NCBI GenBank assembly: GCA_963823665.1
Contig: CAWGMQ010000007.1
Location: 832,001-896,000 of the forward strand
Source of the DNA: an uncultured Planctomycetota bacterium
Lineage (GTDB): Bacteria; Planctomycetota; Planctomycetia; Isosphaerales; Isosphaeraceae
DNA: 64,000 bases
Direction of reading: 5' to 3'
Shown here: positions 41,395-52,278 of the stretch, one piece after another
Layout of the letters: the number at the start of each line of letters is the position of its first letter
Position numbering within the stretch: position 1 is the first letter of the stretch
Notes under the pieces: model-generated
Databases searched by the model: none
What the model was told of the DNA's origin: nothing
What the model saw: only the letters and a program-made list of their open reading frames with translations
Program-made: the position numbers and the translations under genes

Positions 41395-42620
41395 ATGATG
41401 AAAACAAAACAGATGCTTCTGGCCGTCGTCGTCGGTCTCGCGTTCTCGAACCTGGGCCTGGCGCAAGAACCTCGCCCGGCGTCGCCCGGCGGAGCTTCCG
41501 ACACGCTCTCAGCGGCCTTCGCCGACTCGGTGACGCAAGAGGGGCTCCCCGCTCCCTTGCCAATCCGACCCGGATGCCGGAATTGGTGGAGGGGTTCTCC
41601 AGGCACTTCCCCGGCCCGCGCAATCTGCCAGTCTCCCTCTTCGCGACGGCTCAGCCACGCTCAACGGAACCGATGCCCGTTGCTGGACCGTATCTCCAGA
41701 CCGACCCTTTCCTCGACCCCCCGGAGTTTCCGCAGCCGGGCTGGTTTGCCGGGGCGGAGGCTCAGATCGTCAAGCCGCATCTGATCACCCGAGCGGAGAA
41801 GAGCGTGATCGCAGGCAAGTACGTGAATAATGCCGGCGGTGACTTTCCGCTGCCGCGGCTACTACGAGCATCGTGAATCTTCCTTCCGCCCCACTGAGCT
41901 GGACCGCGTCTCCCCGCGTTTTTGTGGGTTACCGCCTTCCCTCCGGGTTCGGTGAATTCATGGTGGCTTACCGCAATCTGGCGAGCCTCGGGCAGCGGCG
42001 ACGGGCTCGGAGTACGAACGGGCCTGTCGCTCTGGGCACCCGGTTCCAACTGAACACGCTCGACCTCGACTACAACAGCCGCGAGCTTTCGCTCTGGCCC
42101 CAGTGGGACATGAAATGGACGGTCGGGCTTCGAAACGCTTGGATCAATTGGGCCGCACAGGGGACCGAGCCGTTCAGCCAGGCGGCTGTCGGAGGCGTTT
42201 TCCAGGCGCGACAATTCAACAACACGTACGGCATTGGCCCGCACTGGGCATTGCAGCTCGACCGTTTCTTGGGGGATTCGGGGTGGTCGCTCATGACCCG
42301 CTTCGATGTCGCCGGCACCTTCGCCTATATCTCGGAGGGGTGGCTGACAAAGTCGGGGACGCTCGGCCCGGCCGGCTAGCCGCAGGTCGGCGAGACACAC
42401 GCGTTCGGCCACCAATTCTCGCCGTGGATCAACTACCGGTTGGGGCTCAACTGGCAGCCGTCGCCAGACAGCGGAACAAAATTATTCATCGGCTACCAGT
42501 ACGACGTGATCTGGGACCTGGACGGCTTGTTCAGAGCCAACCCAGCGGATATTCCCCGTCCTCAACTTCGGCCAATTCTGGGATCAAGGGCTCGTCCTTC
42601 AGGCAACGTTCCGATTCTGA
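41395..42620 (+). CDS. Outer-membrane beta-barrel protein, planctomycete porin-like (several frameshifts and an in-frame TAG at 42377)
   Basis: Signal peptide, GWFAGAEAQIVKP, SPRVFVGYRL, NTLDLDY, LFIGYQY, and the C-terminal beta-signal QGLVLQATFRF. Confidence 0.72.
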
Positions 42621-42710
42621 ACCATGTCGCCTCGCCGTCTTGCGGATCCGGTGGCGATCGGCTACCCTGCGCTATACCAATCAGCCGAACGAGACACCCC
42701 GCACAACTGC

Positions 42711-43482
42711 ATGAGAGGCCGCTGGTGCTAGAGCGCCTTCGGTCACTGCATACCTCTTTCTGGCGTGGAGCGTACCGGTCTCCACCGTCCTCTTGCATGG
42801 CGCCTCGGCTGCGGCCCTACAGCAGGGGGCGGCGTCGAAAGAGACTTCCGACCAGGATACCGAGACCAAGAAAACGCCCGAGGGCGCAGCCGCGGGCAAG
42901 AAGGCAGCGGGCCGGGCCAAAGCAGCGAAGAAGAAAGCCGATCGAACGCAGCGCTGCCAAGAAGACGCCCGCGAAGGCCACCGGGCTCGATATGGCGCCG
43001 CCCATCGTTTGCAAATCGATCGACGGCTACGAAGACTACAAGCCATTGCCTGGCGCGGCCCAGACGAGTGATGAGAAACTGCTGGTTTACATTCGGCCGA
43101 TAGGCTACCAGACCGAGAAAGTGGAGAAAGGCTATCAGTCGCATCTGACCGCCGATGGCGAGGTTCGCCGCGCGGGGAGAAGACGATTCTGCGCCAGAAA
43201 AAGAAGCTCCTCGAATACAAGCCGGTTTATGAGACGCCTGAGCGCGTGATCTACCTGAGACAGACCGTGTCGCTCAAGGGACTCGCGCCGGGAGACTATG
43301 AATTGACGATCATCCTGCATGACGAGCTCGGCAAGGGCGCGACGGCGACCCAGGTCGTCAAGTTCAAGATCATTCCGGCGCTCGATCCGCGCAAGGTCAA
43401 GGAACCGCCGATGCCGAATGAGCTGGATGCGTTGTACGCGCCGTTCATGGATTTCGAGATTCCGGGCGACGACGATGAATAG
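42711..43482 (+). CDS. Hypothetical exported protein (fragmented; start uncertain)
   Basis: Lys/Ala-rich linker, PIVCKSIDGYEDY...KLLVYIRP, then LKGLAPGDYELTIILHDELGK across frames. Confidence 0.6.
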
Positions 43483-43491
43483 TCGGAAATG

Positions 43492-43514
43492 CGTCAGGCT
43501 AAAGCCTGACCTAC
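43492..43514. repeat. GTAG-type REP hairpin, class A
   Basis: cGTCAGGCT-aa-AGCCTGAC-CTAC, matching 7876..7899. Confidence 0.7.
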
Positions 43515-43520
43515 GAGAAC

Positions 43521-44528
43521 ATGAACGCACTTGATTGGCTGAGAGCACCGAGCCGGGACGCGATTCGCCCGGTTTGTGTCGTTTTTGGTGACGACGCCTT
43601 CCTGGTTCGAGAGTCGATCAAGGCCCTGGGGCGGGCCATTTTTCCGGAGCAGGAGGGTGATCCGGGAATCAGCCGGTTCCCGGGAGCAATCACGGCGCTA
43701 GCCACCGTGCTTGACGAGGTGCGGACGCTCCCCTTCTTCAGCAAACGGCGCCTGGTGGTCGTCGAGGACGCCGATACGTTCGTCACCAAGCACCGGAGGG
43801 AGCTCGAGGCTTATACTGAGAAGCCGCACGAGTCGGGGACGCTGCTCTTGCAAACCAAGCAGTGGACCGCGACCACGAACCTGGCGAAGTTGGTGGAGAA
43901 GGTTGGTTTGCCGATCGACTGCTCGAGCCCGAAGGAAGCGGACCTCGTGCCGTGGATCAGCCAGGTTGCGATGAAACGATGGGGCACGCAACTCGAGCTC
44001 GCGGAGGCCCGGCTGCTCCTGGAGCTGGTGGGCCCGGAGCCGGGCATTCTCGTGTCCGAGCTCGAGAAGCTCTCGATCTATGCCGGGGAGAATAGCCGAA
44101 TCTACCGGAAAGACATCTTGAAGCTCGTGGGGGCCGGCCGGGTCGAGACCATCTGGAAGACTCTCGATGCGGCACTGGCGGGGCAGGTGCGTCTCGCGCT
44201 CGAGCATCTCGAGACGCTCATGGCCGCAGGTGAAGAACCGGTGGGGCTACTGGCGGCCATGAGCGCGAGCCTGCTGAAACTGCATTATGCCGGCCATTTC
44301 CGCGCGGCGCGAATCGACGTCAGCGAAGCATGCCGGATTGCCGGAATTCCGTCGTTCGCGGTCGAAAAGACGCGAAAGCAGCATGCCCATCTCGGCCCCA
44401 GGCGCGTCGATCACCTCCCGGCGACACTCCAGCGCGCCGATCTCGATCTCAAGGGTGGAAGCACGCTCGCCCCGCGTATCATCCTCGAGACATTCTTGAT
44501 CGGGCTCGCCTTGCCGCGGACCGACTGA
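43521..44528 (+). CDS. holA: DNA polymerase III delta subunit
   Basis: VFGDDAFL, TLPFFSKRRLVVVEDAD, SELEKL, ADLDLKGG. Confidence 0.92.
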   Translation: MNALDWLRAPSRDAIRPVCVVFGDDAFLVRESIKALGRAIFPEQEGDPGISRFPGAITALATVLDEVRTLPFFSKRRLVVVEDADTFVTKHRRELEAYTEKPHESGTLLLQTKQWTATTNLAKLVEKVGLPIDCSSPKEADLVPWISQVAMKRWGTQLELAEARLLLELVGPEPGILVSELEKLSIYAGENSRIYRKDILKLVGAGRVETIWKTLDAALAGQVRLALEHLETLMAAGEEPVGLLAAMSASLLKLHYAGHFRAARIDVSEACRIAGIPSFAVEKTRKQHAHLGPRRVDHLPATLQRADLDLKGGSTLAPRIILETFLIGLALPRTD

Positions 44529-44625
44529 GGCCTCCGCGAACATTTCGCAACCGAACCCCTGAACGTGTTCTATGTTTCCGACGCGGCTTTGTTCATTTTA
44601 CTTTTGCGACGGTTGGAGCGGTTGC

Positions 44626-44853
44626 ATGAGCTTCGAAAACCTTGAGACGACGACGCGGCTTGCACAGCGGGTTGAACGAAACGTTCGTCACACTGCTTAC
44701 GGGCGGATCAGGAACCTCGTCGTCGAGGTGATTCAGGGGCAGGTTGTCGTCAGCGGGCAAGCGCCCTCACGCCACGTCAAACAGCTCGCACTCCAGGGTG
44801 CACTGGAGCTGCTTTCGGGCGATTGCTTTGCGGAGAGAATCACGATTCTGTGA
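44626..44853 (+). CDS. Small BON-like domain protein
   Basis: GRIRNLVVEVIQGQVVVSGQAPSRHVKQLA; GGAG RBS. Confidence 0.75.
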   Translation: MSFENLETTTRLAQRVERNVRHTAYGRIRNLVVEVIQGQVVVSGQAPSRHVKQLALQGALELLSGDCFAERITIL

Positions 44854-44897
44854 AGGAAGGCGAGCGAAGTCGGAGGACGAAGAAGGGCGGGAATTCG

Positions 44898-46282
44898 CTA
44901 TTTTACTGTCGGCGTCGTTTCGTCGCCCGGACCGGCCAAGTCGTCGTCGGGCAGGTTTTTGAGATAGGCGCCGATGTGATCCCCTGCGGAAGGTTGGAGA
45001 GTTCCGCGCTCCCGGTGATCGAGACTCCTTGGCGAGCATCATGACAAGGTCGCGATGTGCCTTTCGGTACGCGCGATTCGGTGGCCAGCCGGTGATGCGA
45101 CCGCTCGAACCCAGGATTTGCAGTCTGGCGTCGCGGGTTGCGACCAGCCACCGTGCGACCTCCTGCGGTGGTAACGCGCGGCGCCGGAAGGCGCAAGACG
45201 ACTGACATCGTAAAGCCCCAGGGTGATCGGCCTCGTCCCTGTAAGGACAACTCGAACGGCCGGCTTCCGGGTCTGAAGCTCGGGATTTTCCACCTGCGCC
45301 AGCCAGTTGGCAAAGAGCAGCCGCAGAACGCGGCGGCTTCGCTCTGGCTCGCGCAAGAGGGAGCGGCGGGCCGCCTCGATCGATTCGACCAAGTCGGCCG
45401 GCAACTGCATGTCGCCAAGGCGAACGTTCCACTGTCCCTCGATCGCCTGACGATCGTGCGGACGCACTGGCTGCTCGATCCAGCGCACGATTTCGAGGTA
45501 CCCCGTTTTGAGTGCAACCGAATCCCACTCAGGTTTTGGCTCGGCGCTCTTCACTTCATCAAGGGCGATCTTGAGCTGCGGAATCGTGGTTTTCGGATCG
45601 GCCGCCCAGGTCGCGAGCCGTTGCTGCAACCAACCGCGGCGAGGAGGATGACGTTGACACGGTGTCGTTGATCGAGGTTGCCCCGCCGCACGACGTGAGC
45701 CGCCACGCGCAGGACTGCGCGATAGCAGTCCCAGGCGCCCGCCATGTCGCCAGCTTCTTGCCGCTTGCTAGCCTCCAGGAGCGCCAACACGCTCAACAGA
45801 TTAGTACTGAAGCTGATCCCCGAGAAATCTGCGGCCAGGTCCATGCCCGCATCGGCCTGTTCGCCCGCCTGCTGAAATAAGGCGATCGCGCGAGCATTCT
45901 CCTCGACCCACGCCCGCAATCTTGGATCCGCTTTCGACCAGGAAACGGTCCCATCGGACTGACTCACCGACCGCGGAATGCTTGGATACCCAGTCTCCAT
46001 TCTCGCCGCTCGGTCTAGATACGCGAAGGCATTCTGATCGTCGGGAATGCGAACTGCGCGGAACGCCGCGACATCGAAGGGATCGCCAATGTCCGGGAGC
46101 CCGTTCAGACTGGTCAGCCACCAGATGGCAAGAGCCGTGGCGCCCAGCGCAAGGCAGACCGCCAAGACGATGGTGACCCGCGCCAGTTGGCGGAGTCGCC
46201 TTCGCAGCAACTGAAGCATCTTCTGCGACGGAACGCTCACCGCGGCAGGTGCGGGGGCGGTACTGTCGCGACTGGTGGGCAT
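44898..46282 (-). CDS. Hypothetical membrane-anchored protein (several frameshifts)
   Basis: TM followed by SLNGLPDIGDPFD and PDDQNAF; continues through ORF 45039..45629 and ends YLKNLPDDD...TVK. Confidence 0.68.
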
Positions 46283-46583
46283 GAGAGGTCTTCTCCAGAC
46301 TCAATGAGATTATTGGCCCGACTCCCACGTCATCCTACCACGATCGATCGCTCTCGCAACTACAATTGTCGGAGAATGGGAGAACGGGACCGAGGGCGAT
46401 GGCACCCGGCACCGACTCTGCGGGGCGATCGCGGACGACCCGGGTTGAGCTTGAGGAATGGCGGAGTTTAGAGCATATTGGAGTGCGGACAAACGCAGCG
46501 ACTCCAGTCGGAACTGGACGGGAAGGATTTGCCGAACGCCGTTCCTGATAAGCTGTTGGGCAGATTTTGCCATAACGCGCGGA

Positions 46584-46607
46584 CGGCACACGGAGTGTGC
46601 CTGCTAC
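46584..46607. repeat. GTAG-type REP hairpin, class B
   Basis: cGGCACAC-gga-GTGTGCC-tgCTAC; related copy at 56257..56280. Confidence 0.7.
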
Positions 46608-46619
46608 AGGGGAGGTTCC

Positions 46620-48188
46620 ATGACTCGCGCATCGATCTTGAGGCGGCGCGGATTGACGCTTTGCTTCGTGACGGCGATCGGGCTCGGCTTTGGCTCGAGC
46701 TTATCTGCTCAGGAGTCGTGGGATGCCATTTATCTAGCGGGCACGCACGTGGGGTTTGTGCATACCTTTGTCGAGCAGGTGAAAAATCGAGGAAAGGACT
46801 ATCTGCGCGTACGGATCGATATGGAACAGAACCTCAAGCGCGGTCGCGACTTTTCCCAAACGCGACTGACTTACGGAACGATCGAGACGCTCGACGGCCA
46901 GGTTCTCCGGCTCGACACGTTGACGGACACCGGCGAACAGAGGATTCGCGCCCACGGCGACGTGATCAATGGCGAGATGAATCTCGTGCTGGAGATCGGC
47001 AGGGCCAAGCAAGCACTGGTCATTCCGTTTGGCGCCGATGTTCGCGGCCCGTACGCTCCGGAACAGAGCATGGCCCGGCAGCCAATGAAGGAAAACGAGA
47101 CCCGGGCCCTCAAGATGTTCATGCCGACGCTCAACAAGATCTGCGACATCGAGCTGGTCGCCCTGAAGGTCGAGCGCACGATCATGGGTGACGGGACGCA
47201 ACGAGACCTCTTGCACGTCGAGCAGAAGACGAAGGTCGATGGCGTGGCCAAGCCCGAGTTCGACGTCAGGCTCTGGGTCGATCAGGAAGGGCAAGTCCTC
47301 AAGCAGGAGGTCGACATTCTGGGCGGGTATCTCCAGTACCGGACGACGAAGGAAGCGGCGAAATCGAAGGGCGGCCCGGTCCAGTTCGACCTGATTCAAG
47401 GGTCGATGATCAAGGTGAAGCACGTCATTCCAAACCCTGATCAGTCGCGCATGGTGCGCTATCAACTGACATACAAGGGGGGCGACCCCGCCCAGGTCAT
47501 TCCGACCGATCCGCGTCAGAGCCTGGAGACTCCAGCGGAGATCAAGGAACAAATCAAGCAACAACTGGTCGTCCCTGCGGATGCGCGTCAGAACGCGGAG
47601 GCCGGCACGGGCAAGAATTCGGCGATCTTGAAGGTGCAGAGCGTCGGGCCGACGGACGGCGAGGCGGGCCCGGTCGAAGTCGATGCGCAATACGTGAGAG
47701 CCAATGCTCTCGTTTCTTCCGATGACTCGCAAGTGCGTGCGGCCGCGCTGAAGGCGACGCGAGGCGCCGTGGACCCATGGCAGAAGGCGATGGCGATCCA
47801 GAACTGGGTGAACAAGAACATCAGACGGAAGAACTTCAAGGTTGCGTTCGCAGCGGCAAACGAGGTTGCCCGCAACCTGGAGGGCGACTGCACAGAGCAC
47901 GCCGTGCTGGCGGCCGCGATGTGCAGGGCCGTGGGCATCCCGTCGCGCGTGGTGGTCGGCCTGATCTATGTCGAGGAACAATCGGCCTTTGGTTATCACA
48001 TGTGGGACGAAGTGTACGTCAACCAGCGCTGGGTCGCGATCGATCCTTCCTGGAAACAGTCGGTGGTCGATGCCGTGCACATCAAGATCTCCGACTCGAG
48101 TCTCGATGGAATTGCTCCGTTCGAGGCGTTCACGCCGATCATCCGCGTGATGGGCAAGCTCGAGATCGATCCGATCGAGTTCAGGTGA
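46620..48188 (+). CDS. Exported transglutaminase-like domain protein
   Basis: GGAGG RBS, signal peptide, triad motifs GDCTEHAVL, GIPSRVVVG, YHMWDEVY and WVAIDP. Confidence 0.9.
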   Translation: MTRASILRRRGLTLCFVTAIGLGFGSSLSAQESWDAIYLAGTHVGFVHTFVEQVKNRGKDYLRVRIDMEQNLKRGRDFSQTRLTYGTIETLDGQVLRLDTLTDTGEQRIRAHGDVINGEMNLVLEIGRAKQALVIPFGADVRGPYAPEQSMARQPMKENETRALKMFMPTLNKICDIELVALKVERTIMGDGTQRDLLHVEQKTKVDGVAKPEFDVRLWVDQEGQVLKQEVDILGGYLQYRTTKEAAKSKGGPVQFDLIQGSMIKVKHVIPNPDQSRMVRYQLTYKGGDPAQVIPTDPRQSLETPAEIKEQIKQQLVVPADARQNAEAGTGKNSAILKVQSVGPTDGEAGPVEVDAQYVRANALVSSDDSQVRAAALKATRGAVDPWQKAMAIQNWVNKNIRRKNFKVAFAAANEVARNLEGDCTEHAVLAAAMCRAVGIPSRVVVGLIYVEEQSAFGYHMWDEVYVNQRWVAIDPSWKQSVVDAVHIKISDSSLDGIAPFEAFTPIIRVMGKLEIDPIEFR

Positions 48189-48223
48189 GAGCGCGTCTGC
48201 GAATTGCGATCGTGTGCGGGAGA

Positions 48224-48259
48224 CCCCTCACCCCGGCCCTCTCCCCGGGGGAGAGGGAG
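48224..48259. repeat. REP-like hairpin (CCCTCACCCC...CCCTCTCCC..GGGAGAGGG type)
   Basis: ccctctcccc/ggggagaggg stem just after the gene stop; one copy in the window. Confidence 0.6.
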
Positions 48260-48431
48260 CGGGAGCGATATGCCGTCGCGGCAAGAGCCGGGGACCGCGC
48301 CCGGACGTGTGCGGGGCAAACGAATTCACTCGGACACTCTTGCCGGCTTGCTTGCAGGATCGTAGACTGCGAGTAGAGGGCTTTGCGCCCCACTTCGCGG
48401 CGCCCTCCAGAAAGAATCGGGGGGAACGAAT

Positions 48432-49838
48432 ATGAAGACGCACCGGTCGATCCTGCGAGCGTCGTTGGCCGTGACCGCACTCTTCTTCGGGGCAGGGGGC
48501 CTTGAGATCGCCGCCGCGCAGGAGGCCCGCCGTCCTGCGGCGGCGGGGCAGACAAACGATGCGCCGCGCGCGGAGCTTCAGGTCCTGGCTGCGCTGCGGG
48601 CGCACCCGGTGACAGCTCCCTATCCAATCTCGGTGACGTGGAATAAACGGGCGGTCGTGCTGTCGGGGCGGGTCGGGACCAAAGCGGTCCACGACGTGGC
48701 GGTGCAGCTTGCGATTGCCAGCGGATCGCCGATTCGCGATGACCTGGTGATCGATACGGGGCTGGCGTCCCTGTCCTCGAGCCCAGGGCTGGGAGTATCG
48801 TCTCCGTACATCTATCCGCCGCCACTGATGGGCAGGATGGATGACCCCTTCTTTGGCTTCGTGCCACCGCTCGTGAGCTTTCCGCCTTGGTGGCGGCGCC
48901 AGATGGAGCGCCAGCCCATGCAGCGGCCCGGGCCGATGGGCGACCCGAATGTGGTTCCAGGTGCGGCGGCCTCAGCCGACGGCCGAGGCCCGAATGGACA
49001 GAGAGCTCCCGCTGGCGGCTGGCAGCCGTTTGATGTGGCGCCGGTGAAGGGCCAGGTTGAGGTGACCGTGGACGCGTCCGGGCAGGTGTTCTTGCGCGGG
49101 GTTGTCACCAGCGAGGAGGCCGGCCGCGAGATTGAAGAGGCCGCTCGAAGCGTGCCGGGAGTTTCTCGTGTGGACTCGCAGTTTCAAGTGCTTCCGCGGC
49201 ATGCGGGGGGCGAAAACCCGCCGCCGCGGCCGGGCGATCCCGTCGAGCCGCGGCGGGCACCGGCGGGCGATGCGCCTCCGCCGCCCGAACCTGTCGTGCC
49301 GGACGATGCCCTGAAGGGCCCACCTGCCAAAGCGCCGGCGCGTGCCAAACCGGCCGCGACGGGCCCCTCAGCCCTCGACAAAGGAAACTTGAGCCGGCGC
49401 GTCGTGACCGCGATCTCGCGTCGTCCCGTGGGCGCGGAGCTTCCGGTGGCGGTCCGTTCCAATGATGAAGGCACCGTCACGCTCTCCGGCCGCGTTCCCA
49501 CAGCATACGAAGCCATGATCGTCTACCGCGCCGCCCAGCAAACCCCAGGCGTCCGGGAAGTGATCGATCGAATCGAATTCACCGTTCCGGACGAGGACCA
49601 TCCCAATCCTCTGGTCGGAAAAGGCCGCCCGGAAGACCTCGAGCCATTCCTCCAGTCGCAGATCCGGCGGCACGTCGGCGACCTGGCTCACATAGACCGG
49701 ATTCAAGCGCAAGGCGATATTGTTGACATCCGCGGCACGCTCGGCGAAGGGCAGGACCGCGAGCGATTGCTTGCCATCCTGCGATCGATCCCGGTGTTGC
49801 GCGGGTTTCGTCTCGAGACCCAGCTCAGCGCCGAATGA
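48432..49838 (+). CDS. Secreted multi-BON-domain protein
   Basis: Signal peptide; repeated BON motifs (VVLSGRV, QVFLRGVV..ARSVPGVSRV, TVTLSGRV..AQQTPGVREV). Confidence 0.85.
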   Translation: MKTHRSILRASLAVTALFFGAGGLEIAAAQEARRPAAAGQTNDAPRAELQVLAALRAHPVTAPYPISVTWNKRAVVLSGRVGTKAVHDVAVQLAIASGSPIRDDLVIDTGLASLSSSPGLGVSSPYIYPPPLMGRMDDPFFGFVPPLVSFPPWWRRQMERQPMQRPGPMGDPNVVPGAAASADGRGPNGQRAPAGGWQPFDVAPVKGQVEVTVDASGQVFLRGVVTSEEAGREIEEAARSVPGVSRVDSQFQVLPRHAGGENPPPRPGDPVEPRRAPAGDAPPPPEPVVPDDALKGPPAKAPARAKPAATGPSALDKGNLSRRVVTAISRRPVGAELPVAVRSNDEGTVTLSGRVPTAYEAMIVYRAAQQTPGVREVIDRIEFTVPDEDHPNPLVGKGRPEDLEPFLQSQIRRHVGDLAHIDRIQAQGDIVDIRGTLGEGQDRERLLAILRSIPVLRGFRLETQLSAE

Positions 49839-50133
49839 AGCCGGTCCAGGCGTTTCGGGCGGGCTGTCGGCGCGGTTTCCGACGATGCCCGCAAAATAGG
49901 CAATATTTAAGGGCGAATGCGGCTGAGAATCGTCAAATCCGACCCAAGTTCTTTGGGTCGTTTGATCTTGATCGAATCTACATGAGGCGCGTACGATGTG
50001 CGCCGCCTTTGACGAACGTGGGCATTCGTTGAGTCCGCAGGTCACCCGGCGCGGCAAGACTTCTGTTTGGCCAGCTTGCGCCGAGGGAGAGGATTGCATA
50101 CGCATGATCGCCAACAGGGAAGGAGGCGACCAC

Positions 50134-52235
50134 GTGAAGCCTTCGGAGTGGACGGCTTCGCGGCACGGCTCGGGTGGCAGCGATTACGCGAGAGACGACT
50201 CTCCGACTGGACCATCCTATCGCGGAGCAAACGGCGACTCGCGCGAAACGGCGATCGAACGATCGAGCGATTGGCTCATTACCCGCCAGTATGATGAAGG
50301 GCACTGGGTCGCCGAGCTGGAAGGCGATACGATCCTCGAGTCAGAATATGTTCTCTTGCTCGCATTCCTGGGGCTGGAAACGGACCCGGTCTGCGGGGGG
50401 ATGGCGCGGTATATCCGCGATCATCAGCTCGAGAACGGGGGCTGGGCGATCTATCCCGGCGGGCCGACGGACGTGAGTGCCTCGGTCAAGGCGTATTTCG
50501 CGCTCAAGCTGGTTGGGGCAAACCCCGATGAACTCGGCGATGGTGCGAGCCCGGCGGGCGATTCTGGACGCGGGTGGGGCGGCGGAATGCAACAGCTTCA
50601 CGCGGTTTTACCTGGCGCTGCTGGGCCAGATCAGGTATGACGAGTGCCCGTGCGTTCCGCCGGAGCTCGTGCTTCTGCCGTCCTGGTTGAACTTCAGCTT
50701 GAGTGCGATGTCGGCGTGGACGCGCACGATTGTGGTTCCGCTCTCGATCATGTCGATATTTAAGCCGGTGCGGCGGCTCGGCCCGGAGCAGGGCATCGCC
50801 GAGCTGTTTCGAGGCGATCGCCCGACGTCGCAGCGGCCGGAGGCAGGCTTCTTCACCTGGACGAATTTCTTCCTGGGGATGGACCGCACGCTCAAGTGGC
50901 TGGACCGGCGGTTGCCCGCGGCCTGGCGGAAGCCGGCGGCTCCGGGCGGCGCAGCGGTGGATGCTCGCGCATTGCGAGAAAACCGACGGGCTGGGTGCGA
51001 TCTTCCCGCCGATGGTTTATTCGATCATCGCGCTTCGGTGCCTGGGATACGAGCTGGATTCGCCGGAAGTGGAGTGGGCGCTAGGCGCAGTTGCGGGGCC
51101 TGCAGATCGCGAAGGCGACCGGGTGCGGGTGCAACCCTGTCTCTCGCCGGTGTGGGACACGGCGATTGCCACGATTTGCCTGGCCGATGCGGGGGTGCCC
51201 GCGGATCATCCGGCCTGGGGCGAGCGGTCGAGTGGCTGCTCTCCAAGGAGGTGCGGCACCCGGGCGACTGGCAGATTCGCCGGAAGGGGGTCGAGCCCAC
51301 CGGCTGGCATTTCCAGTTTCACAATGCGTTCTATCCGGATCTCGACGACACCGCGATGGTGCTGCTGGGGCTCAAGCGGTCGCCTCTGGCGAGCGAGCCG
51401 GAGGTCGCGGCGGCGATTCAGCGGGGAGTCGAGCTGGTTGCTCTCGATGCAGAATCGCGACGGCGGTTGGGCCGCCTACGACGTCGACATCGATAATCAG
51501 GTGCTCACCAAGCTCCCGTTTGCCGACCACAACGCGATGCTCGACCCGAGCTGTGCGGATATCACCGCCCGCGTGATCGAGCTGCTTGGAACTCTCGGAT
51601 ATCGCGACTGAGCACCCATCGATCGCACGCGCCCTCGACTATCTCTTCCGCACGCAGGAGCCCGAGGGGTGCTGGTACGGGCGGTGGGGCGTCAACTACA
51701 TCTACGGCACCTGGCAGGTGCTTGCAGGGGCTTCGCACGATCGACTTCCTCGATGGATCATCCCGCGATCGAGAAAGGCGGTGGCCTGGCTCGAACGGAC
51801 GCAGCAGGCGGGACGGATCCTGGGGAGAAACGTGCAAGAGCTACGACGAGCCTGCGCTCAAGGGCACCGGAGAGCCGACGCCATCGCAGACGGCGTGGGC
51901 GACCTTGGGCTTGATCGCCGCCGGCAGGGCGGGTTCTCTGGCGGTCGGAACGCGGGATCGAGTACTTGATCGAAACCCAGCTTGCCGACGGATCGTGGGA
52001 CGAGACTTCGTTCACGGGTACCGGGTTTCCCCGCGTGTTCTACCTCCGCTATCATTACTACCGAGTGTATTTCCCCTTGATGGCGATTGCCCGCTACCAG
52101 AGTGCGCGGGGCAGCGCCTTCCGGGAGCGTCGTCATCGCTACAGCGAGGCATTCCCGCCCGGCCTCTTTCAATGGGTCGCTAGCTTCAGACGATTGCTCG
52201 TGGCTGGGCCGGGCCGAAACGGCTGCTTCCCCTGA
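50134..52235 (+). CDS. shc: Squalene-hopene cyclase (heavily frameshifted)
   Basis: ELEGDTILESEY, SASVKAYFALK, NSFTR, MSAWTRTIVVPL, IFPPM, QPCLSPVWDT, YPDLDDTA, QNRDGGW, WYGRWGVNYIYGT and FTGTGFPRVFYLRY spread over several frames. Confidence 0.92.
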
Positions 52236-52278
52236 CGGAGCGCTCGACGACGATACCCAAGCCAGGAGGTCGAGCTCG

